Below are positions 38,994 to 47,609 of a stretch of DNA of 64,000 nt, piece by piece. Source of the DNA: Candidatus Binatia bacterium (GTDB taxonomy: Bacteria; Desulfobacterota; Binatia; UBA9968; JAJDTQ01); the NCBI GenBank assembly GCA_963666515.2, contig OY762897.2, positions 3,488,001 to 3,552,000 of the forward strand, written 5' to 3'. Each line of letters starts with the position of its first letter. Positions within the stretch are counted from its first letter, which is position 1. The notes beneath the pieces were generated by a model. The model did no database searches. It was not told where the DNA came from and saw only the letters and a list, made by a program, of their open reading frames with translations. The translations under genes and the position numbers were made by a program.

Positions 38994-40037
38994 TCAGCCC
39001 TTGTCAATGAGCGCCTTGATCTTGTCCATGAGGGGCTTGGGTGTGTTGAGCAACTCGTCGACAATCTTGGCCACGCCGTCGCCCCGCCTGGGCTGCAGAT
39101 TGCGGTTCTGCTTCTTGGCCAGCGCCTGGACCTGCGGGTCGTTGTACGCCTTGGCAAAGGCGTCGCGCAGGGCCTCGACACGGTCTTTCGGCACTCCGGG
39201 CGGCAGCGTATGGACGATGCTGATCTGGTTGGTGGCGTTCATCGCCCTCAGCATGGCGATCTCGTCCTTGCTCTTGCCCTGCTCCTTGGCCAGCACCTCG
39301 GCCGCGGGCACGCCCTTCAGCAGCGGGTGGTCCTCTCCCTCGCCGGCGATGATCAGCACCCGGCAGCACTTGCCCTCACCCTCGAACATGGCGATCTCGG
39401 TGCTGGCCATGGTCTGGAACGTCGTGCAGAAGCCGTTGACCTCGCCGTTCTTCACCGCCAGACGCTGCGCGCCGCCGCTGGGGAATCCCGTGACGGCCTT
39501 GAAGTTGCTGCCGAAGATCGCGTTGAAGAAAACCGGCTCGAGGTGGGACAGGCCGCCCTTGTCGAAGCTCGACACGATGATCTGCTTCTTGGTCTTCACC
39601 GCCTCGGCGAAGGTGTTCACACCCGCATCCAGCCGCACCGCGCACGCGGAGTTGGCGCGGAACGCGCTCGCCACCCAGTTGAACTTTCTGCCGTCGAAGT
39701 TCATCCCAGCCACGCCGCGGGCCTGCTTCATCACGAGGCTGCTGCTGACGGCCGCCATCACGGTGCCGTCCCGGCGCTCTTTGTTGTACACCGTGTTGGC
39801 CGCCAGCGCGCTGCCGCCGCCATCCTTGTTCTGGACCACGATGCGGGGGCTGCCGGGAATGTACTTGTGCAGAACCGGCGCGATGAGCCGGGTGGTAAGG
39901 TCGGTGGTGCCGCCCGGACCGTAACCCACGACAATGCGGAGCTGCTTGCCCTTGTAGAAATCCGCCACCGCGTCGCCCCACGCGGGGCTCGCCAGGAGCA
40001 GCAAACCTGCCATCAGAACGAGACTTCGTCTAAACAT
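38994..40037 (-). CDS. tctC: Tripartite tricarboxylate transporter substrate-binding protein (Bug/TctC)
   Basis: Signal peptide MFRRSL...AWG; FYKGKQLRIVVGYGPGGTTD, VVQNKDGGGS, PPGVPKDRV. Confidence 0.88.
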   Translation of the reverse strand: MFRRSLVLMAGLLLLASPAWGDAVADFYKGKQLRIVVGYGPGGTTDLTTRLIAPVLHKYIPGSPRIVVQNKDGGGSALAANTVYNKERRDGTVMAAVSSSLVMKQARGVAGMNFDGRKFNWVASAFRANSACAVRLDAGVNTFAEAVKTKKQIIVSSFDKGGLSHLEPVFFNAIFGSNFKAVTGFPSGGAQRLAVKNGEVNGFCTTFQTMASTEIAMFEGEGKCCRVLIIAGEGEDHPLLKGVPAAEVLAKEQGKSKDEIAMLRAMNATNQISIVHTLPPGVPKDRVEALRDAFAKAYNDPQVQALAKKQNRNLQPRRGDGVAKIVDELLNTPKPLMDKIKALIDKG

Positions 40038-40111
40038 GCGTGCCTCCTCTCGGGTTTTGATCGTGCGATTAACCGACTTTACGGCGTCCGTGTCAACCCC
40101 TAATCCGGCCG

Positions 40112-41488
40112 TCAAGGCGCGTTGTCCTGCTCCCTGAGCATGTCCAGCGCCTGCTCCACCAGCCGGCGGCGCAGCCGGCGCTCCTCGTCCGCGTCGAGCG
40201 ACGGGTCGCCGAACACGTGCGGGATGGCCCGCCCCGACATGATCCGCTTGGCGCCGGTGTTCTCCGACACGGACACGAGATTGGTCACGTGCACCGTGGG
40301 GATGCCGGCCCTTTCGAGTTCCTTTGCCATCGCTGCGCCGCAGCGAGTGCAGGTCCCTCAGGCGGAGGTGAGTATGACGCCGTCGACGCTGTCCTCCTCC
40401 AGCGACGCCGCGATGTCCCGCGCCATGTCGGCGGCGGTCTCCACCGGCGTGCCGTTGCCCGTGGTGGAGTAGAAATACTCGTGCAGCCCGCCCAGCGACC
40501 CCTCCCGCACCGCGTCCCGCAGCACGTCCAGGGGGATCAGCCGGTTGGGGTCCTCGTTCACCGCCGCGGTGAAGAAGCCGCCGTGCACGGACTCGAAGTC
40601 GTCCGCGGCGAGTTGCTCCCGGCTCTCCAGGTGGTAGGCGCCGAAGTGGGTGGACAGGTACGACTTGATGCCGTCCGGGTTGCCGCGGGGAACCAGGCCG
40701 CCGGTGGTGACCAGCGCGACCTTGGCATGGCCGAGGTCGCGGATGCCCGGCGCCGGATCGATTTCCTGGAACGGCGGCAGCGGGATCTCGGTCTCCATCG
40801 GCCCGCCCGCGAGCTTGGCCAGCAGCAGGTCCACGGCCCGTTCGGCCGCGCGCCTGGACACCCGCGTGTTCCACCGGCCGCCGCGGGGAAGCAGACCCTC
40901 CTCGCCGCCCGGCGCCACGCCGCGGGCTATGCCGGCCGTGGAGGATATGTCGAGCCCTTCCTCGTTGCCCGGAGCCGCGGCCTCGGCGCTCAGCATCTTC
41001 GCGATGAGAACGGCCGAGCGCTCGAGGACGGCGCGCATGTCGCCGGACGACTCCCCGGTCGCGACCACCGGGATGTCGCGCCTGATCAGGTCGGCGCCGG
41101 GGTTTGACGGCGACATGGCGGTCAGCACCGGTATGCTCAGCTCGGCGCCCACCGCAGGTGTTCCGGGCCAGCCGCCCGCCGCCCGGCACAACCCCGCGCA
41201 GGCCAGCCCGTAACGGCCGGAGCCGAAGGCGGGCCCGGCGAACAGGAGGTCCGGCTCGGCCTCCTTCACCAGATCCAGGAGCCGCGCCGTTGCCTCCTCC
41301 TCGTTCTCGGAGAAGTGGTCGTCGCCGCAGTAGACGGTAGCGACGATGCCGGCGCCCTCTCCCAGCAGAGTTTGCAGCAGCCGCCCAGGCCCCACCGCGC
41401 CTTCCAGCACTCCGGGCGGCAGGCCCGCGCTCTCCTCTCCGCCGAGGCCGGCGAAGAATTGGTTCACGTAGTGGACGATTCGTTTCAT
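40112..41488 (-). CDS. grdB: Glycine/sarcosine/betaine reductase-family selenoprotein B, 458 aa with Sec at TGA 40360-40358
   Basis: HYVNQFFAGLGGEE, CGDDHF, GPAFGSGRYG, ALVTTGGLVPRGNPD, HGGF; reading through TGA gives ILTSA-U-GTCTRCGAAMAKELERAGIP, joining track ORFs 40358..41512 and 40112..40330. Family call; substrate unknown. Confidence 0.92.
40325..40351 (-). promoter_or_regulatory. Bacterial SECIS-like hairpin
   Basis: On the mRNA 3' of UGA: TGC(AC)TCGCTGC-GGC-GCAGCGA(TG)GCA; perfect 7-bp stem beginning 11 nt after the UGA, with a G-containing apical loop. Confidence 0.75.
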
Positions 41489-41576
41489 GTGACCTCCCTG
41501 GCCCTGTTCCACGTCCCCAATCGCCGTTCCTGCGAAACCGGGAATCCGAGCGTAGTAATTCTCACGGCGAACCCGT

Positions 41577-42833
41577 TTACCCCGGCCTGGCCGTCAGCGT
41601 CGAGCCGCCGATGGGGTCGATGGCGCCGATGATGTTCTGGACCGGGATCTCCACCGTGCCGGCCGGCTCCCCCTGGATGGCGCCCAGAAAGGCATCGCCG
41701 CCGATGACCACCTCCATGGATTCGTCGAGGCACACCTTCTCGGGACAGTTGCCGACGCTGACCATGGCGTCCGCCTGGGGGGCCACGTCCACCAGCGCCG
41801 GGCCGTCGCCGCCGGACTCCTCTTTGGCCACCAGCACCGTGCGCAGGCCCGCCTCCTCGCAGGCCCGGCAGGCCAGCATCAGGTCCACGTCGGCCTGGCC
41901 GCCTCCGTCCTTGGTGATGACCACCGCATCGGCCTCCACCACGTGCCGGAGCAGGCGCGCCGCGTGCCATGCCGTCTCCGCCTTGTCGTCGTAGGTGGCG
42001 CAGTGGTTGGCCAGCACCATGCCCGCGAACGCCAAGTCCTGGTCGTGCCGGCGGTGAAGCTCCCGGATCATCGGGTGGTTCAGGATGTCGTGGGTGGCGT
42101 TCTTGGTGGGCTTGGTATAGCCGTCGTTCACCAGCGCCCCGTCCAGCAGCTCGTTGGGATGCACCACGCTCGGCACGATGTCCCTGGTGCTCTTGCCGTA
42201 GAAGAGCTTCTGGCGGCCGATGCCGTGGGAGTAGGCGAAGCTCAGGTAGCCCACGCGCGGCAAGTCGGGTGACGCGTTACGGCCCAGGTCCAGGGAAAAG
42301 GCTTCGGTGCGGGCCGGCTCGACCCCCTGCGTGGTCTGGGCCAGGAAGACCGCCGCCCGAAGCCCCGCGCGCATGAGCGCCAGGCCGAACTCGCCGGGGT
42401 CGGCGCCCTCCCGCGCCCTGGGCAGCACCACCAGGCCGGGCATTTGGCCGAACCGGCTCAACTCGCTGCCGGGGCCGCACATGTCGATGATGGCCTCCTC
42501 GGACCTGGGCAGCGAACCGGAGGTCACCACGGCCACACCGTCCAGCGCGTGGGTGCGGCCGATACCGCACTGGGCCAGCGGCCCCAGGCTTCCGGGGAAC
42601 GGATTGCCGTTCTCCGGCGCCTTCCAGCGCGGCTCCACGATGTCCACCACGTGCAGCACCCGGGCGCGGTCCCCGGGCACGACGATGCTCAACTCCACGT
42701 CGTCGATGAGCGGCTCCGTCACCAGCTCGGCGCGTAGCGCGTCGCGGTTGACAACGAGTTCGCCTTCCCGATATTCGGTGTGGGCGCCCCAGGAAAGGGA
42801 CCGGACAGGGTAATGGGCCAGCTCGAAATCCAC
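41577..42833 (-). CDS. Glycine/sarcosine/betaine reductase component B proprotein (GrdE/PrdA-like)
   Basis: IVVPGDRARVLHVVDIVEPR, GRTHALDG, IIDMCGPG, VHPNELLDGAL, NHPMIRELHRRH, AMVSVGN; AGGAGG before GTG 42833. Confidence 0.88.
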   Translation of the reverse strand: MDFELAHYPVRSLSWGAHTEYREGELVVNRDALRAELVTEPLIDDVELSIVVPGDRARVLHVVDIVEPRWKAPENGNPFPGSLGPLAQCGIGRTHALDGVAVVTSGSLPRSEEAIIDMCGPGSELSRFGQMPGLVVLPRAREGADPGEFGLALMRAGLRAAVFLAQTTQGVEPARTEAFSLDLGRNASPDLPRVGYLSFAYSHGIGRQKLFYGKSTRDIVPSVVHPNELLDGALVNDGYTKPTKNATHDILNHPMIRELHRRHDQDLAFAGMVLANHCATYDDKAETAWHAARLLRHVVEADAVVITKDGGGQADVDLMLACRACEEAGLRTVLVAKEESGGDGPALVDVAPQADAMVSVGNCPEKVCLDESMEVVIGGDAFLGAIQGEPAGTVEIPVQNIIGAIDPIGGSTLTARPG

Positions 42834-42930
42834 GTGACCTCCTGGTGCTGTGCCTGGGATCGGTTTCGAGGCAAACCCCTGTCTACCAAACCCGGCAGCG
42901 CAGTGCGACACCCGAACCGCCCTCCGTATC

Positions 42931-42959
42931 CGTTACCCCGGGCTTGACCCGGGGTCCAG
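42931..42959. repeat. Family A palindromic repeat (variant)
   Basis: CGTTACCCCGGGCTTGACCCGGGGTCCAG; compensatory changes relative to 5242-5270. Confidence 0.82.
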
Positions 42960-42981
42960 CGAGCAGTGACCGGGTGTCGAG

Positions 42982-44037
42982 GTGGCGAAGTTGGCCGATC
43001 CTGCAACAGACACCACGGACGAGGCCCCGCTGGAGCCCGACCTGCCCATCTGCGACCCGCACCACCACCTGTGGCGGCGGCCGGACAACCCTTACCTGCT
43101 CGACGATTTCTTGCGCGACGTCTCGGGCGGCCACCGGATCGTGTCCAGCGTGGCGGTGGAGTGCGGCGCCATGTACCGGGAAACGGGGCCGCCGGAGCTG
43201 CGTCCGGTGGGGGAGACGGAGTTCCTGGAAGGAATCGCGGTCGAGAGTGCGCGCGCCGAGACCGCTGAACGGGACCCTTCGACTTCGCTCCGCTACGCTC
43301 AGGGCGAACGGGGAAGGCCCTTGCCCGCGGTAGCGGCGGCCATCGTGGCCTATGCCGACTTGGCCCTGGGGGACGGTGTGGCCGCGGTGCTGGAAGCGCA
43401 CCTGGAGGCCAGTCCCGGCCGCCTGCGCGGCATCCGCTATTCCACCATGTGGGACGCCTCGGACTCGTATCGCAGCGTGCCGCGGCCCGGCCTGCTGCGG
43501 GACGCCGCGGTCCGCAAGGGCTTCGCGCGCCTCCAGCCCCTCGGCCTGAGCTTCGACGCTTGGCTCTATCACCCGCAGCTTTCCGAGCTGGTGGAGCTGG
43601 CGCGGGACTTCCCGGAGACGTCCATTATCCTCGACCACATCGGCGGGCCGCTGGGGCTCGGACCCTACGAGGGCCGGCGCGACGAGGTGTTCCGCGCCTG
43701 GAGCGCCGACATGGCGGCCCTGTCGTCGTGCCCCAACGTGGTGCTCAAGCTGGGCGGCGTCGGCTCGCTGCGCTCGGGTTACGACTGGCACACGCGCCAG
43801 CCCAGGCCCGGCTCCGCCGAGCTGGCCGAGGCCATGCGGCCTTGTTTCGAATTCTGCATCGAGAAGTTCGGCGCCGGCCGCTGCATGTTCGAAAGCAACT
43901 TCCCGGTGGACCGGGTGTCCTACTCGTACGTGTCCGTGTGGAACGCCTTCAAAATAATAACGCGGGGGTGTTCCGAGGCGGACCGGAATACGCTGTTCCA
44001 CGACACGGCCGCGCGGGTCTACCGGCTGGTAGAATAG
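42982..44037 (+). CDS. Amidohydrolase_2 family protein (lactonase-like)
   Basis: CDPHHHLW, LRGIR, SFDAWLYHPQL, ILDHIGGP, RCMFESNFPVD. Confidence 0.9.
   Translation: MAKLADPATDTTDEAPLEPDLPICDPHHHLWRRPDNPYLLDDFLRDVSGGHRIVSSVAVECGAMYRETGPPELRPVGETEFLEGIAVESARAETAERDPSTSLRYAQGERGRPLPAVAAAIVAYADLALGDGVAAVLEAHLEASPGRLRGIRYSTMWDASDSYRSVPRPGLLRDAAVRKGFARLQPLGLSFDAWLYHPQLSELVELARDFPETSIILDHIGGPLGLGPYEGRRDEVFRAWSADMAALSSCPNVVLKLGGVGSLRSGYDWHTRQPRPGSAELAEAMRPCFEFCIEKFGAGRCMFESNFPVDRVSYSYVSVWNAFKIITRGCSEADRNTLFHDTAARVYRLVE
43275..43311. repeat. Family B palindromic repeat inside the amidohydrolase CDS
   Basis: CCCTTCGACTTCGCTCCGCTACGCTCAGGGCGAACGG; near-identical intergenic copy at 47537-47573. Confidence 0.88.
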
Positions 44038-44072
44038 CATCCTTCGACTGTCGGATGCGGGAGACGAAGCCG

Positions 44073-44888
44073 ATGAGCGACGACAAGGTTCTCTACGAGG
44101 TCAGGGAGCAAACCGCGTGGGTCACGCTGAACCGCCCGGAGGCGTTGAACGCCATCAACGAGGAGATGCGGGGGCTCATCATCGAGTTCTGCGCACGGGC
44201 GGAGGCGGACCGGGACGTGCAGGTGGTGCTCTTCCGGGGCGCCGGCGAGAAGGGCTTCACCGTGGGCGGCGACCTGAAGGAACGGGCCCGGCGCAACGCC
44301 GAGCCAGCCGCGGAACAGGCTTCGCCGCTGGAGGCCCGGCAGGCGAAGCAGGCGCCGGGCACCCACTCGCCCATCGACGCGGTGGCGTCGCTGCAGAAAC
44401 CCTCCATCGCGCTGCTGCACGGCTACGTGGTGGGGGCCGGGCTGCTGATCGCCATGGCCTGCGACATCCGCATCGCCGCGGACAACGCCCGCCTGGGGGT
44501 CACCGAGGTGCGGCGCGGCTTCATGCCGGCGTCCGGCGGCACCCAGCGGCTGGCCCGCCTCGTGGGCATCGCCAAGGCGCTGGAGATATGCCTTTCGGGC
44601 GAACTGATCGACGCCGGGGAAGCGTACCGCATCGGCCTCGTCAACAAGCTGGTATCGGTGGGAGAGCTGACGCCCGCCGGCGAGGAGATGGCCGCGTCTT
44701 TCGCCAAGGGCGCGCCCCTGGCGCTGCGGTACGTCAAGGAATCGGTGCACCACGGCGCCGGGTTGCCGCTGGCACAAGGGCTTCGGCTGGAATCCGATCT
44801 CGCTGCCCTGGTGCTCACCACCGAGGACAGCAAGGAAGGCCCGCGAGCCTTCGTGGAGAAGCGCCCGCCGGTATGGAAGGGCCGGTAG
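44073..44888 (+). CDS. Enoyl-CoA hydratase/isomerase (crotonase) family protein
   Basis: VTLNRPEALNAI, GGDL, MACDIRIA, GGTQRLARLVG, EGPRAFVEKRPP. Confidence 0.92.
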   Translation: MSDDKVLYEVREQTAWVTLNRPEALNAINEEMRGLIIEFCARAEADRDVQVVLFRGAGEKGFTVGGDLKERARRNAEPAAEQASPLEARQAKQAPGTHSPIDAVASLQKPSIALLHGYVVGAGLLIAMACDIRIAADNARLGVTEVRRGFMPASGGTQRLARLVGIAKALEICLSGELIDAGEAYRIGLVNKLVSVGELTPAGEEMAASFAKGAPLALRYVKESVHHGAGLPLAQGLRLESDLAALVLTTEDSKEGPRAFVEKRPPVWKGR

Positions 44889-44961
44889 CTGCTCCCGCCT
44901 GCCGTCAGGGTCGGCGACACGTTGCCCTTGTCGTCCACGTGCCCGCCCGCGACCTCCTCAG

Positions 44962-47487
44962 CTACTTGACGGCTTCGGCCTCCTCCAGCGCGGTGATCTC
45001 CTCTTCGCTCAACCCCAGCACCTCGCCAAGGACGTAGGCGTTGTGGGCGCCGATCCAGGGCGGGGGGAGGGCGGCGCCGGCCTTGGAGCGGGACGGGATG
45101 CCGGGGAGGCCGTGGTGGGCGACGCGGCCCCAGGGGGGCTCGTCCATCTCGACGATGTGGCCGCGCTCGCGCAGGTGGGGGTCGTAGTAGAGGTCCTCGC
45201 CGGACATGGGGATGCCGGCGGCAACGCCGGCTTCCTGCAGGCGGCGGAAGGCCTGGCGGGCGGTCTGGGTGCGGGTCCACGCGGTCAGCTTCTCATCCAA
45301 CTCGTCTCGGTGCTGTCGGCGCCCTTCCCTGACCGCGAAGCGCGCGTCCTCGGCCCATGAACCCGCGCCGATGACGCCGGCCATGGCCTGCCACTCCTCG
45401 TCGGTCTCGCAGGCGATGATGATCCAGTCGTCGTTGCCGGCGCAGGGGTAGCAGCCGTAGGGGGCGTAGGGATCGCCCAAGATTTCCCGGTAGCCCAGCG
45501 TGTCCCATTCGTTGCCGTTGACGGTGTAGTCGAGGATGGCGGGACCCATCATGGCGCCTTGGGCCTCCAGCATGGCAGCCTCGATGAACTGCCCTTCCCC
45601 GGTTCGCTCCTGGTGCTCCACGGCCGCGGCGACGCCCAGGGCCATGGTGATGGCGCCCACCCGGTCGGGCCAGGCGATCTTGCAGCGCGCCCGCATGGGC
45701 GAGTCGGGATAGCCCCACAGGCGCATGAGCCCGGTGTAGGCCAGGAGTTGCCAGCCCCAGGCCACCCAGGACTTGAGCGGCCCTTCCCGGCCCCAGCCGG
45801 GCATGGACACCTGGATGATGCCGGGGTTCACCTTGCGCAGCGACTCGTAGTCGAAGCCGAGCCGCTCCATGACCCCGACGCTGAAGTTCTCCACCACCAA
45901 CTGGGACTGCTCCACTAGGCGGCGGAACAGCTCCTTGCCCTGGTCATGGCGCAGGTTCAGGGTGACGCCCAGCTTGGCCCGGTTCATGTCGGCGTGGATG
46001 GCGGCGCCCCGGCCCCGGGCGGCCACGGTGTTGGACTCGATCTTGAGCACCTCCACGCCGTAGTAGCCCAGGATCTCGGTGCCCAGGGGGCCGGCGAACT
46101 GCTGCGTCAGGTCCGCCATGCGGAGCCCGGAGAGCATGCCGTCGGTGGGCGCAGCCTGCCAAGTTGCTGCGGAGGGACGCCCTTCGACTTCGCTCGGCTG
46201 CGCCTCGCTACGCCTGTCCTGAGCCTTGTCGAAGGGCTCAGGGCGAACGGAGAGATCGCCCTCCGCATTTCGCACGGCAGCCCGGGTTTCCCTGCCCTGC
46301 TCCAGCTCGGCCAGCACCTCCTCGCGGTGCTGGTCCAGCAACGGCGCCGGACGGCGCACCCGCATGGGGGTGCGGGACAGGCGCATGGGGAAGCCCGGTG
46401 CGCGGTAGCGGCCGATGACCGGGTGCTCGATCTCCTGGAGCCAGCAGCGCGCGGCCAGTTGCTCGCCCTCCACGAACTCGCCCACGGTGTTGAGCGGGGC
46501 GGCGGAGAGGTGGCGGCGCTGGGCCTCGGCCACGAACTCGTCCGCGGTGAAGCCGCTGATGAACTCCGCCGCCACCGCGGAGGCTTCGTCGCTCCGGGCG
46601 TCGCGGTAGGCCATGTCCTCCCATTGCGGCTCGGACAGGACCGTCCCCGTCATCCAGTTCTGAGTGAACTCGCGCCACATGTGGGGCAGGTTGGCGGTGA
46701 AGTGGACGTAGCGGCCGTCCTTGCAGCGGTAGATGTTGGTGACCGAGCCGCCGTAGGTCCTGGCCCCGGGCCGGCGCCCCATGCGGTTCTCCAGGGTGTA
46801 GCGGGCGATGGAACTGCTGTTGGTGAAGGTCAGCGCCTCCTGGAGCGAGACGTCGATGCGCTGGCCGGTGCCGCTACGCCGCCGGTGCCGCACCCCGGCC
46901 ACCGCCAGGGTCGCGGCCACGCAACCGGCCACCTGGTAGGCCGAGTGCGACGGCGCGGTGCACGGCCCGCGCTGGTCGTCTCCCTGGCCGTAGAGAAAGC
47001 CGCCGGCGCCGTTGGTGATGGCGTCGCTGGTCTTGTAGTGGCGGTAGGGGCCGGTGCGGCCGAAGGGGGTCATGGACACCGTCACCAGCGCGGGGCAGCT
47101 CTCCTGGAGCCACGCGTCGGTGAAGCCCCAGGACTCCAGGCGGCCCAGCGGGGTGGCTTCGACGAACACGTCCGCGGACAGCAGCAGCTTCGTGAAGACG
47201 TCCCGGTCGCCTTCGGCCGAGAGGTCCAGCACCAGGCTGCGCTTGTTGGTGTTGGCGTGGATGGAGGTGAGGCTGCGCTCAAGGTCCTCCGCGCCGCCGG
47301 CGAAGGGCGGGAGGCGGCGCTCAGGGGCCCCCTCCGGCGGCTCCACCTTGATGACGTCGGCGCCGAGATCGGCCAGCAGCCGGCCCGCGTAGGCCGCGGG
47401 CACGTCGCCCAGTTCCACGACCCGGAGGTGGGCCAGCGCCGCACGCGGCTCGCGTTCGCTGCCGCGCTCAGTCTCGCGTTCGGTCAT
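44962..47487 (-). CDS. Family III (CaiB/BaiF) CoA-transferase, two fused domains
   Basis: LADLGADVIKVEPPEG...NTNKRSLVLDL and a second copy GVEVLKIES...MNRAKLGVTLNL...VENFSVGVMERLG. Confidence 0.92.
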   Translation of the reverse strand: MTERETERGSEREPRAALAHLRVVELGDVPAAYAGRLLADLGADVIKVEPPEGAPERRLPPFAGGAEDLERSLTSIHANTNKRSLVLDLSAEGDRDVFTKLLLSADVFVEATPLGRLESWGFTDAWLQESCPALVTVSMTPFGRTGPYRHYKTSDAITNGAGGFLYGQGDDQRGPCTAPSHSAYQVAGCVAATLAVAGVRHRRRSGTGQRIDVSLQEALTFTNSSSIARYTLENRMGRRPGARTYGGSVTNIYRCKDGRYVHFTANLPHMWREFTQNWMTGTVLSEPQWEDMAYRDARSDEASAVAAEFISGFTADEFVAEAQRRHLSAAPLNTVGEFVEGEQLAARCWLQEIEHPVIGRYRAPGFPMRLSRTPMRVRRPAPLLDQHREEVLAELEQGRETRAAVRNAEGDLSVRPEPFDKAQDRRSEAQPSEVEGRPSAATWQAAPTDGMLSGLRMADLTQQFAGPLGTEILGYYGVEVLKIESNTVAARGRGAAIHADMNRAKLGVTLNLRHDQGKELFRRLVEQSQLVVENFSVGVMERLGFDYESLRKVNPGIIQVSMPGWGREGPLKSWVAWGWQLLAYTGLMRLWGYPDSPMRARCKIAWPDRVGAITMALGVAAAVEHQERTGEGQFIEAAMLEAQGAMMGPAILDYTVNGNEWDTLGYREILGDPYAPYGCYPCAGNDDWIIIACETDEEWQAMAGVIGAGSWAEDARFAVREGRRQHRDELDEKLTAWTRTQTARQAFRRLQEAGVAAGIPMSGEDLYYDPHLRERGHIVEMDEPPWGRVAHHGLPGIPSRSKAGAALPPPWIGAHNAYVLGEVLGLSEEEITALEEAEAVK
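46180..46250. repeat. Compound family B repeat inside the CoA-transferase linker
   Basis: CCCTTCGACTTCGCTC...CGCTACGC...GCTCAGGGCGAACGG with a nested inverted part CCTGAGCCTTGTCGAAGGG. Confidence 0.85.
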
Positions 47488-47536
47488 GCGGAAAACCTGG
47501 AGAAACTCTGATCAGATTGCGGTCGTCCCGAGAGCG

Positions 47537-47573
47537 TCCTTCGACTTCGCTCCGCTACGCTCAGAACGAACGG
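47537..47573. repeat. Family B palindromic repeat, intergenic copy
   Basis: TCCTTCGACTTCGCTCCGCTACGCTCAGAACGAACGG. Confidence 0.88.
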
Positions 47574-47609
47574 GAAGCAGCTTCATTCCCGTGTCGTCTG
47601 GCGCCCTGT

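Noticed and set aside
40358-40360. Nonsense mutation/pseudogene reading of grdB
   Set aside because: The TGA falls exactly at the UxxCxxC selenocysteine position and is followed by a SECIS-like hairpin
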